DNA of 64,000 nt from Dimorphilus gyrociliatus. Lineage: Eukaryota; Animalia; Annelida. The DNA is taken from NCBI GenBank assembly GCA_904063045.1, contig CAJFCJ010000019.1, positions 124,001 to 188,000 on the forward strand. Reading direction: 5' to 3'. Of this stretch, positions 50,301 to 62,327 are shown piece after piece. The notes under the pieces were generated by a model. It saw only the letters and a list, made by a program, of their open reading frames with translations. It was not told the DNA's origin and did not search any database. Positions within the stretch are counted from its first letter, which is position 1; each line of letters begins with the position of its first letter. Position numbers and translations under genes: made by a program.

Positions 50301-51196
50301 TGTCAACAATCCACGTCGTATAAATAAATTTTCATTGTAAGACAAATGACTGAAAAGAAGAAACGATTTTATTTTCAAAAGATGATATTTGTTTTTATAT
50401 TTATACTAACAGATCTTCCAGCTTTGTCATATTTGTAAACGTTCCCTCATCAAATTGCCTAATATCATTGTTCTTCAAGTTTCTAAAAGCATTTTGTTTC
50501 CATCTTCTATAAAATGAATAGCATTCAAATGTACAAATTACTTACAAGTCAACCAATTCCTTTAGCGCTAATCCACTTTTAAATGTCTTAATTTGGTTAT
50601 TTTCAAGATTTCTAATACGAAAAAGGTCATTAAAAAAAAACATATAATTAATAATATTTAGAATAAGGAAGGAAATTTAATTTATACAAAACTGACAATG
50701 TTGACAGATGATTTTCATCAGGTAGCATATACGAACCAAAAACTTGTAGTTTATTCCATCGTAGGGACCTAGTAGTGGTTATTTAGTTAGGTTTATAAAA
50801 GCAACCGACTGAGCAAATATTGTTCTTATATAATTAAAGCCGAAAGGAAGGGGAGGAGAAAAGTGCAGAAAGAAGAAGAAGCATTATGATATTATCGACT
50901 ACAACTATATATTGTGAAAATGCGATAGAGAGACGTTAGTAATGTCAGTGGTGTCGGTTCCACTGTGTATGGAAAAGAAAAAAAAATGGAAGGAACAGAG
51001 AAAAGAAAATATTCTAGATTAAGGTGTGAAAGCAGGATAGGAGTATAGATGAGGGAAAGGAACGTCTAGGAAAAGAGAATATAATAAAAAGATAATGAAA
51101 AGAGAAAACTCTTTAAAAAATATCTTTTAAAGCGGAGGTTTTTATATTAGTTACAGTAGAGAGGAAAAATAAGGAATGAAGAGAGAAATGATGCAT

Positions 51197-51246
<50 letters not shown>

Positions 51247-53258
51247 ATACATACATACAAACAAACAACGCACACGCACACACTAACAAACGAACTATGT
51301 TTTATAATAAAGAAACGAAGAGCATGTATTCTTAGTTTTTTCCTACAATATTACTTTATTTAATATATTTTTTCACTATGCTATACGTTCCTTACCAACT
51401 ATTATATGATGTTATTTATCATTTACTATACATTATACACACTATATTCATAAACAAAAAGAAGATAAATTGTAAAATATATACTAACAAGGTTTGCAGT
51501 TTTTTCGGAATGTTAAGCTTAGTAGAAGCATTAAATCTTAGTTGATTATGTTCTATTTGTCTAAAAAAGGTAAGAGAGAAAAAAAACGTAAAATTACATC
51601 ATTATCATCATCAATGTCATCGCTTTTTTATCCTCAAAATAATAAGAAAATGGAATATGTCACTAACAAGTATTCTAAATTTTGAAGTGTTGTAAAAGCA
51701 TCCTGATGTATAAATTTTAAATTATTACCATCAAGATTCCTGAAAGGAGAAGAAAAGGGAGAAAATGAAAAAGGTAATATTCATTTATACATATAAATAT
51801 ATATACTGTATATTTAGTTATAAAAGTATTATATATTTATAAAAACCAAACAAAAAAACCGTTCTATCTCATTAAAAAATACTCAACAGAGAATATAGTT
51901 TTGTAGACCCGGCAAAAGCATACTGATTTATCTTTGTTAAAGAATTTAAAGCCAGATTCCTGTCAAAAAAGAAAAGAAAAGACAAATTATTTTCAATTAA
52001 TATCTGCTATTTAACAATTTACTCCCTATATTTTATAGGAAAAAAGATGCTGATAGACCCTACATGCTTTCTATTATCTAATTTAACACTTCATTGTACA
52101 AAAGGGTATCAAATTAAATAATTCTGCTGGATTGGTGATATACTAACCTAACACTACTGATTATTATATTATAAAAGAGGATGAGGAGGAGTAGGAGGAT
52201 GAGGAAGAAACGTATAAAGAGATAGGAAAGGGATATATTGTATGTACATTCAAACAAATTGATACTTACAAGAACATTAATGAATTGGATGAAAATGAAT
52301 AATCAGGTATCTCTTTAATATTGACTTTTTTCATAACTCTGTAGGAAAGAAAGGAAAACTGACAAACGAACAAGAATAATAAAGAAAGAAAGAGGAAAAG
52401 AAAGAGAAAAACACAGAAAAGGATTAAATTGATTATTTACAATATTTTAAGAGTTTTCATTTTTTCGATGAAGTTTGTTGAAGGTAAAATACTATTCGTT
52501 AATAATTTACTGTTAAAAAAAAAGAAAGGCAATGAATTCCTTGTTTATAACAAAGAGAATGTAAAAAAAAACAGTATTTTAAAGATTAAATATACTGTAT
52601 ACACAGTATATCATAAAATATTATATAATATAATAAAAAATCGAACAGTTTGGTTATATTTTCTAATCCTGTATGGTATAAGTCTCTTAGTTTGACGTTT
52701 CCACAGGTAAGGTGACTTCCCCTGAGACAGGTGCAGTTAACTGGCACTTGACTTAAATCTATAAATTATTATGAAAGAAAAAGGAAAATAGAGAAAAGAT
52801 ATTTGTTTTGTTTGTTTTTTCATAAATTGTTAAATTAGAATTTTAATATAAACTTGGAATGTTGAGAAAGTTTGTATACAAACCGCAAGCTCCTTCATGG
52901 GTCTTATCCATTTGTTTATCCTTATTTTTTAAGTAAAAGTTTTTATAATTTCCGTGCCGATCTTCTACATTCATATTAATAAACGATTTATCAATTTAGG
53001 CCTTTATTAGTAAGAAAAATATATGTATTAATAAGTACTGCAAAGTTCGTCTGACTCGTCCCAGCCATTTTTACAATCTATTTTCTTATTACATATTAAA
53101 CTTTGTTGAATGCATTGATTTGATTCTCCACACTAGAAAGCAAAGATTAATTGTAATTAATTAAAAACTGTATATCAATTATTAACATTGATTTATTACC
53201 CGATGATGTAAGTTATCCTGGCATAAGCTATCTTTTGTTGAATCGACGGCGTAGCGCC
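47364..53258 (-). CDS. Relaxin-family/LGR3-4-type receptor (LDLa + LRR ectodomain + 7TM); 5' end and C-tail not fully resolved
   Basis: LDLa module LCQDNLHHR|[31 protein letters not shown] (exons 53258-53200, 53132-53039), a run of short LRR exons at 50100-52970, [88 protein letters not shown]. The C-tail may continue in an exon at about 47270-47135. Confidence 0.88.
51199..51244. repeat. (AC)23 microsatellite, intronic
   Basis: Perfect AC run in an intron of the LGR/RXFP gene. Several (TA)n and (CT/GA)n tracts also occur, e.g. about 6066-6092, 33463-33487, 49688-49711 and 57248-57270. Confidence 0.95.
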
Positions 53259-56200
53259 CTAGTAGAGAGAGTTAGAAAAGATCACAGATTTTTCAACGAA
53301 ATATCATGATTAGTACAAATAAAAGTCTACTTTTGATTCTGGATTTTTATCAATAAAGGAGAAAATGAAAAGGAAAAAAAAACACTTTTTTTTTCTTTGT
53401 TCATAAATACAAAAATATTATAAAGGTTGACTTTTGAAAATGGTGAAATTCTGCTGTGTAACTGGGGTATATGATACGGTAATGTGTCTAAACCTTAATA
53501 AATGGGAATTAATGTAAGTAGAAGGGTCGGCCTACTGTCGAGGAAATAGTATGATTTAAACCTATTCTAAAAACGTTGAAATGTTGTAGGTTAACAGCTT
53601 TCATTCGTTTTGTGCGATTGTTAATTTTTTACGTTTACCTATATCTTTTCTTTTTAAAAAGAGCAGAAAAAGTGAACGTTCCTAGCATTCATTTCCTAAT
53701 AAGCCGTTTTATGTTAGTTAATAATAACGTTAGGTTTACCCTCTTAGTAAAATAAAACTAAGGGAGTAATGGGGAGTACTATAAAGAGAGAAAAAGGAAA
53801 CGGTTCAAATAGCGTTAGAGTGAGAGAGAGAGAGATAGAGATGTGGGTGGCAGGGTTGGTACGAAGAAGAAGAAGAGAAAAAAGAAAGAAAGAGAGACAC
53901 TAGGATTTAAAGAGACAGTCAGATACGGAAGATTATGGGAAAAAATGAAAATGGTAAGAAGAAGGATTATCCTTTAAAATTAATGAATTCTAGAAATGTG
54001 ACAAATTGTTGAAGAATCGTGCATTTATTGCTTATTTTAGTTAACTTATAGAATATAAAAAGTTAATGGGAGAATTAGATTGGACACCTTCTTTTATTTC
54101 TTCCCTTTTTTTCTTTCATATTGATTGTAAAGATTCTTAGTTGTAAAAAAAAAAAAAGTGATAAATGACATTTATTCTTCTTTAATATAACGGCTGAGTG
54201 GGTATCAATTGTCTATTCCCTCTCTCTAATCAAATTGTTCATATTTAAATAATTTTTTAAATTATCATTAGATATCTAATTTATCATACTAAATTCCATA
54301 ATCCTGCATTAAATATCCAACAGTCAAGTACTTACCTATTGTGAAAAGTATAACTATTACGCATGTCATATTTTCAATCCGACGAATGCTCGACTGAGAG
54401 TATTATGGTTGGAATAGGTGGCGCCTCATTCGATCCCAGAGTTTCCAGCGACTTCTTTAAAAAGTAAAACCTGCTTAATAATACTTTGCATTCATAATAT
54501 TCCTGTCCTCGTTATATCGGTGAATAGAGGGAAAACAAATGCTATTAGCATTCTGCATAACTTACATAGTAAGGTGAGAAGAAGAAGGTTATACAGGTAT
54601 AGACTTTGGGAAAGTATTACAAGATACCTTAGATAAACTTGGTATTGTATTATTTACGCGGAAAAAAGTATACAAATAGACCTACTTAAGCTAATCTGAA
54701 GAAATATTTCTGAGTAACGATGCTAATGTATCCAGATAGGTATCAACCCGAAAGACGTGTACGTTCCTTTCCATTCACACTCTCAGGATATCATGATAAC
54801 AACAATTCTTTTTTTTTTGTTTTTTTTTACATAAGCATATATTAACAAGTAGAATATATAAATAAATAATGAGTTGATATGTATTTTCTTCAAATTCTAT
54901 CATTTTCATGATTTTTCTTGACTTATCACGCTTATTTGTTCGACGTATAAAAAGTCTTTTTTTTATATTTAATGGAAGAACTTTCTATTTCACTTTTTAT
55001 CTATAGAATAAAAAAAACCTCATCTCCCTTCACTCTAGGTGAAAACTGTCTATAAAATGTCTTATCAAAATTTCTATATAGTCTTCTCACATCTTCCAAG
55101 TTAAAAAAAACGACTCTATTCTTTCTTTTCTTCTTTCTTTCTTTTTTTTAAGTATTCTATCTCATACTTATCCCCCATTTCTTTCTTATTTTAAATAATA
55201 TTATTCCGATTTGTGGGATTAACTGATTCATTTCCTTAATATTGATTAAAAAATGGCTTTTCGTGTTTATCCTGAAAGGAAGGAATGAAACGTAAAGCAT
55301 ATCTTAGAAATAATGCCTGTAAGTATCATTTACGATTATGCACTATGAAGTACATCTGGCTCGAAAGGAGAACAATTAAAAGGTTAATGAAACGTTAAAT
55401 ACTCTACTTTTCGTGCCATGGCCGCAGTTCTTCATTTAATAATATTTTCTAGATTTACCTTACAAATGCTTAACAAACTTCCTTTATTTTCCAAGGAAAT
55501 ATACAAGACTTTTCTGAGAAGCGCGCTTATCAGCTTAAATAATTATTTTACTAATTAATGTCCTTTCTATGTGTTATATGCTAAATAATCTGAATTAGGC
55601 CTCTCATTAAACTCTCTCTATCTTTCTCTCTCTGTCTCTGTCTCTCCTACAGAACATTTCCACTAGATGTGTTTACAATAACAAATAATTAGAGAGAACA
55701 TTTTTATCGCCTCTATTATCTAAAGTGATATTAAAATTGGTAAAAATCGAAAAAAGTCTCTACATTAAACCGGAAGTTGGAAGATTTATGCCCTTTATTC
55801 AAACGTAAAACTCACTTTTTACCGCTTAATGAGATTTACAGTATATTTATTATAAATCTTTCCATTGTAAAATGCTGTTCAACGAAAAAGAAAGAAGAGG
55901 AAAAAGATTCTTCATGCATTTATAAAATCATAACATTCTAAATATATGTGTATTTAATCATAATTTGATAATTAAGTATTGTACTGATTAACAAGGGTAT
56001 TATTTTTTTAAAAAAACACAAAAAGGGTACTAATTCATTATACAATAGGTGTCATAGCGCTATAGGATGCTTTATTTTCATCTTCAAAATTCACTCTTCT
56101 AAGCTTCTTAGCGTAATATTTTAAATAAAACATCATTAAGCCATTTAAATTTTCTCGTCTTTGCATCAACTAATTCAGTTAACTTGTAGGTTAACGTTAT

Positions 56201-57152
56201 ATTCGTCAGATGTTTAATCAAACTGTCTAATAGGTGTCGGGTTGGTTTTTATACTTCTATGAGTCCGTTATAGATTCGAGTTAGGAAATAACTGAGAATT
56301 TACTCTGCTAATTAACAAAAGAAAGGAATTTATATCGATATTATCGATGATAAGAATTCTGTTGAAGTGTACCTATAATCGTTTATTCTAATTGTCAAAA
56401 ATTTATTACGGCACTGTACATATCGTAATCTCTAGAGTAAAAACGTCCTAGGCGTCTAGAGTAACCGCATGGGTAACGCCCTTTGCCAATAACGATTCGT
56501 CGGCCTCTCGAGAAGGTGACGCTCAGGGTTATTAGGTTAAAAACGGTCGTAGCTTAACGGAAACAGTCGGGTAGACGGCAGGACTCAACACTTTATTGAA
56601 CGTTTCTCAGCAAGAGACCTCCGAAAGGTTCATCCAACTTAGAAAAGAATATTAGGAAGAGCGAAATAATTTAAAAGCGTTTAGATTTTGATGTCAACCA
56701 AGCCAATTGCATTCATCGACCGTTACTTAGCTCTAAATCCCAACATCATTGGTCTTATAGAGACGCCCTTATTAAACTAAAAAGGTCACAACTAAAAGTT
56801 CACAGGGTTTTGAAATTCAAAAAATTGGAATAATTTCCATCAAGAAACTTTTAATTTGAAAACTCATCACAAGGGAGTATAAAGACAATTTACCCTCTTT
56901 CTCTAGCAGTGTAAAATTCCTACAATTTGAAGATAAGCGTTTATTCTCCTTTGTTACTCTTATACAAACAGAAAAAAAAGAAAAAGAATAGACAAAAGAT
57001 CTTGTCGTAGAAGATGATTTAAGAAAAGTATGAAGAGAAAATATATATTGCAAATAGTTAGGCCTAATTTCTTTCTCTAATCTAGCGGAAGACAAATTTC
57101 TTATCTGGCAAAAGTTCCTAATAGTATCCATTATGTGGGGAAAAACGAACAA

Positions 57153-57161
57153 TCACGTGAC
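57153..57161. promoter_or_regulatory. E-box TCACGTGAC not adjacent to any assigned gene start
   Basis: Same extended E-box as at 40485 and 58745. It lies about 270 bp downstream of the C1orf21-like stop and upstream, on the minus strand, of a GC-richer spliceable region. Confidence 0.35.
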
Positions 57162-57422
57162 CAACTACACGCCGAAGGGGCTATCCATGAAGATGAGTTT
57201 GAGAGATGAACTTGTTCGATGATTTGAGAAAGAGCAAGCAAGCGAGCGAGAGAGAGAGAGAGAGAGAGAGGGCGATAAAAAATAACAGAAGTAAAAAAAA
57301 ATGAAAGTACTATTAGATTATCCGTAGGATTTTACTATAAAGAAAAACTCTATAAAGTGTGTTTTTTAGGCATTTTATGTAATTTAAATTTTTTCCACAT
57401 TAAACATGAATGCCCTAATCGA

Positions 57423-58061
57423 CTATTCTCCAGTATAATCCCGGCCCTATCAAAGAAAAAAAAGAAAAAAGAGGTAAATTAAGGGCGAAAAGATTTTCAC
57501 TTTTTTTTTTCTTTCTTTTTTGGCAAATAAATAAGCCTAGAACTTATTACGTCAGCATATTTTCGTAAACGCGTTTAATCTTTATATAATTTCCTTACCT
57601 GCTCTACTTTTTCGTCGAGCATTCGAAAAAAATCGATCTGGCTACTCGTCATCGCTCTGTTCGTTTTAAACCGATTAAGCCGCTTCGTCTAGCGATACAA
57701 ATAAGCAAAATAGTATGCGAAATAGAAAAAAAACTGACTGTTGCCTCGAAACTGGCTTTTTAAGTATTTCTCCCGTTCTGTCGATCTCAGTATTTACTGT
57801 CCTTTTAGCTGACGATTGTATCTGAGTATCTGTTACAAATATATCAATATTTAAATAATATACAATAGATTTTATATTGTATATTAATAGTGAATATGAA
57901 AAAATAATGCGGACAATACAGCTTAAAGCAGATAGGATCGTATCATTCACATAAAAGATATACGAGTGTATATACATATAACAAATAAAATAAAGATATA
58001 GTTTACCTTGAATAACCTCCTCTCTGCTGTCTTGTTGCGTTTTAGATTGACTACATCCCAT
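57423..58061 (-). CDS. C1orf21: C1orf21-like (DUF4612) small myristoylated protein, 4 exons
   Basis: Starts MGCSQSK (58061-58007). Exon 57688-57599 encodes AMTSSQIDFFRMLDEKVEQ and the last exon 57446-57423 encodes GRDYTGE*, matching the recalled family C-terminus SQQEFFRMLDEKIEKGRDY. The exon 2/3 junction is ambiguous. Confidence 0.8.
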
Positions 58062-58744
58062 TAATTGGCTCAAATTCTTAATTATCATTACTTGCAGGAA
58101 CAATATCTAATGCGAGAAGTTTGGAAGAGCAATTTGCTGTTTTCTTCTAAATTACTTCCGCGAGTATTGCTTTATTATCTGCAATATTCCAAACAGTCGC
58201 CTAGCTATATTCTTTACTATTGTGTTTGCGTACAGCCCAAACAAATAAACATATAAAAATTATATTTATACTGCAACGCTTTAACCTATATTTAAAAGTA
58301 TGCTATGGCATATGTATTTACGCTGTAACATATATATATATATATAATGTTTATATTTATCCAATAATGTGCTCTGGAATCTATACGTTCCATTCACTAT
58401 GAAAAATACTGCAATACATATGCAGTAATTGATTGATAAATTGTGTAATGCTTAAGACTTGGCAAATATATTTAAAAATGAAAACATACGATTAACTCCT
58501 TCCTTCCTGATATCCAAATAAAAATAAGCGCTTAGCTTAATCTGCAAATTGCTGTCGAAAATGGAATCAATTTTATGTTGGAAACCACAAAAAGCAAAAC
58601 GTTAACTTATATATAATGTACGAAAAAGCGTCGACAGGATTTACTTACTTTTAAACGAAGAAACGCCGTCTGGGAAACTGCAAATTTCCCACTAAACAAA
58701 TATCGGTATTACAGGCGCCGCTCTGCATCGCCACTCTTAACGAA

Positions 58745-58753
58745 TCACGTGAC
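58745..58753. promoter_or_regulatory. E-box TCACGTGAC in the C1orf21-like/NMRAL1 divergent promoter
   Basis: About 140 bp upstream of the NMRAL1 ATG, next to an ETS-like TTCCGG. Confidence 0.45.
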
Positions 58754-58890
58754 TTTCCGGTATTTCTCTTTAGGCCTAAACTGCTCTCTTAATGCGCTGT
58801 TGTGATCGAACCGATCAAGTATATTAAAAAACACAGTGAGGATTAGAAGGCCCGCCGCAGTTAGCTGCTATAACAACTCCGACGAAGGTT

Positions 58891-59973
58891 ATGGAAATCG
58901 TTGCTGTTTTCGATTCGTCGTCACCCTTGAGCAAAAGCGTTGCTATAACTTTGCTAAAGAATAACTTTGTCGTTCGATGCCTAACGACAAACCGTGCTGA
59001 ATGCCAAATTTTGGAGCATCATGGAGCTGAATTATACAGTCAAGATCAGATAGACGATTGCTTGAAGGGTGTTCAAGCAGCTTATGTCTCGACGACCTCA
59101 AATTTCGATTCGATAACAAGCGTTCAAGATGAAATCGATCAAGGTCGAACTATAGCTGAAGCTTGTCAACGAGCCAGAGTCGAACACTTGATTTATTCCA
59201 CTCAATTGTCCGTTGCCCAGGTAACCGGAATGACCGTTAGACACATGGATGCTAAGTCGAGAGTGGAAGATCTACTTTTCAAAACTAGTATCCCATTAAC
59301 TAAAGTCATAATACCTCCCTTGTATGAGTATATTCTAGAACCAAGTATGATCCCTACTAGATTATCTGATAACCAGTTCGGATTAGGTAAGGTTTCCGCA
59401 TAGGAAATCCTGCTTTTCTAAACTATTAACAAGATATTCGCATGTTGAACAGAAATACCTATGAGTAATGTACCCTTAGACTTAATCTGTTTACAAGACG
59501 TGGGTTATGTCATTCTTGAAATGATTATACAGCGAAAAGCTTTAGTTAACAAAACCCTTAGTTTGTCTGCCACCAAACTGACAGTCCGTGATCTGGCATC
59601 GATCCTCACCCATAACCTAACAGACTACAAGTTCAAGGATAGTCAAGTAAGTTCTTTACGTTACTCGACAATCTCTTTTATTCTAATCTTAATGATCAAT
59701 CAGTTTTCTTAATCTACAATTGCGTTTCTCCTCCATTTTTTTGCACAGGTTACTGTTGAGCAGTATCAGGAGAGAAGACGTTTCAAAGGAGTCATCGATT
59801 GGAGCTATCAATTCGATTTTTACGTTCGAGTAGATCAGAAAGCATCTATTGAGCTGACCAAACATTTCTATCCTCATATAAAATCCTTCGGCCAATGGGT
59901 AGAAGAGAACAAAGCCGCCATCTATAATACTCTGAATAAACCTATGACACCAGCAATGGATCCTTTTCATTAG
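58891..59973 (+). CDS. NMRAL1: NmrA-like family protein, 3 exons (about 58891-59387, 59452-59646, 59749-59973)
   Basis: SVAITLL..FVVRCLT, GAE, LKGVQAAYVST, EIDQGRTIAEAC..VEHLIYST, HMDAKSRVE, VPLDLICLQDVG, SFGQWVEENK. The NmrA fold pattern is present but the Gly-rich motif is degenerate, so exact orthology is uncertain. Confidence 0.8.
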
Positions 59974-60118
59974 AAAAAAGCATATTAAATATTAATGAAA
60001 GAAATGGAAGAGAATTGTGTCGATTGAAAATAAAATAGGAGTTTTATCTTTTATTCATAATTAAATAAAAAATATGATAAGAAAAATGCAAAATATTTCA
60101 TATTAAAATTAAAATTAG

Positions 60119-61608
60119 TTAGAAAGACATCCTATCACGATTATGATCATTTCTCCCTTTAACGACTCGACCTTTTTCTGAATTATCAGTTTCTATGAAG
60201 CCCTAAAAATGATTGATTGGTAATCAATTAAAAAAAGGTCATTCGAATAAGTGGTAAAGCTTTTTTTTACCTTTACACCAGCACCAACACCATTTAAATC
60301 TAACAGGAAAGTGTCATGGCCATATAATGAATTTAGCTCGTAGTAAGAGACTCCTTGGTTTCCGGCGTCTGTTCAAGGCAGAAAAATATATATATATTTA
60401 TATTAGTCTATAAATCTTGTAGATATGAATGGTTTTTATAATAAAATGATAGGGCTTATTGATTGCATTTCAATACGGAAATTGATTACGAAATGACCAA
60501 CCTTGTAGACAATCTGCCAGCTCTTTTTGCTGCCAACATGGAAAAAGAATGTCAGTTTGAACACCAATAACCATAACTGGTATTTGAATTCTAGCCAACG
60601 CTTTTTTCATAGTTCCGAACGGTTCGGACAGATCAAACAAATCCATTGCTCTGGATATGTATAACAACGAATTTGGGTCTAATTTCGTTGAAAATAATTC
60701 CCCTTGATGATCCAAATAACTTTCAATTTGAAAGTACGGACACAGAGATGGTTTAGCGTTCTCGTCTATTTTTCTACGGTTAAACCTTTGATCCCACTCT
60801 GGTCCACTTCTATAGGTTAATGTTGCTATTTCTCTAGCTAATTTCGTTCCAAGCTTAGGATATTTGTCTGTGTTATAATAACGTCCCTGTTGCCAATTAG
60901 GGTCCGTAACAATGGCCTTCCGTTGCAAGTATCTATTAAGGAAACTGTTACACATTCTCATCATTCAAAATTAATAACAAGGAAACCTCATAGCGATCGA
61001 TGAAGGATGAGATCTCATACACGAAGATATCGAAACCAATCTACCAACGCGTTCTGGATGGAAAGCGGCTGAGGCTAACGACAGCATGCCTCCCAACGAA
61101 GATCCAACAGCAGCGTGCAACTATGAACATTTTATTTATTTACATTTTTTTTTTCACCCTCGTAATACCTTTTCTATTCCCAAATGATCAAGTAGTAAAA
61201 ACTGAGCGTTCACCATATCCTGAATGGTGATAATCGGAAAGGACGTTGCATAATGCTTTAGAAAAGGTTTCAGATTAATAAACAGATAATGTCAAGCAAA
61301 TTATCCTACATCATTCGTTATAGGGTTGATTGATGACGGACCTCTGTACAAAAAAAATAAAAAAACAGGAATAGTGTCAAATTTTGTGTTATAAATATTG
61401 TCAAGTTTATCGAATAATTACGTCGATCCATAGCAAGATCCTATATTATTGGTACAAATAATAAAATATTTATCAGTATCCAACGCGCGTCCTGGACCAA
61501 TGAACTTCTCCCACCAACCCGGCTCTTCGTTATCCTATTTGAGATATAAATGTATATTTTTATATATATTATTAATTATGAATTCTGTTTTCATTTGTTC
61601 CCTTTTCT

Positions 61609-61640
<32 letters not shown>

Positions 61641-62327
61641 TAAATTAAAGAAATAATTTACCGGGTGACTTCTGGCATGCGAACTGGCACTTAAGCCACC
61701 TTGCAATAGGACAGCATTATTCTTCTGTTCATTCAATTCACCGTATGTCTCATAAGCTACTGTAACCTATGTTCAAGATTGATTAGGCATAAGTATGTAT
61801 TTGACTTAGACATGGAAAAAAAAACAAGTATAATTGTTTACCTCTGGGAGAACTCCATCATTTTCACGAACATAAAAAGGTTTTGAGTACTTAAACGTCT
61901 TATAACCGGTTACGACACTTTGATAAGCAGGCTCTACATCGATATTTGTATTTCTAGATTAAAACGAATAAAGAAACATAAAGCATTAGAGTTAATCTAA
62001 AAGACTTCGAAGGACATATCATCGGAAATAAAAAGAAGGGAAAACATATTATATAGATCTATGTGCTCTCTGTAAATGCTAGTCTCAATAATGTCCATAA
62101 TATGATCAATATTTGAGAGAACCAAGATAAATCAAGAAAAGAATAGAATTTAATGTATATAAGAAGTATACTTACAATTGTGCAATGCAGGGAAATTGAG
62201 TTTGATCGATATTTGAAAATAGTTTCGACTGAAAAGCTTGTGGGCTGGGTTCAGCTGTTTGTGAAATAGTCCTTTTTTTCATCCAATTGGACGAAATTTG
62301 AACAAGTAATTTACATCTTCTATTCAT
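60119..62327 (-). CDS. MetX/Cys2-family alpha/beta-hydrolase acyltransferase, most likely serine O-succinyltransferase, mitochondrial, about 10 exons
   Basis: Basic presequence [22 protein letters not shown]; EPAY..GY; [13 protein letters not shown]; [15 protein letters not shown]; [32 protein letters not shown]; [10 protein letters not shown]; GSSLGGM (Ser); [18 protein letters not shown]; GVQTDILFP (Asp); YGHDTFLL (His). All introns are GT-AG. Confidence 0.92.

Noticed and set aside
52429-52695. Short AT-rich ORFs from the track (e.g. 52-264, 510-761, 15841-16032, 22247-22438, 25791-26045, 52429-52695, 58065-58402)
   Set aside because: Low-complexity F/L/I/K/Y composition typical of introns and UTRs, or antisense to real genes; no homology recognised.
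56520-56540. TAACCCTGA (minus strand) as a telomerase RNA template, and the region as RNase P/MRP, U3 or SRP RNA
   Set aside because: The template is imperfect for TTAGGG and I found none of the conserved boxes of these RNAs.
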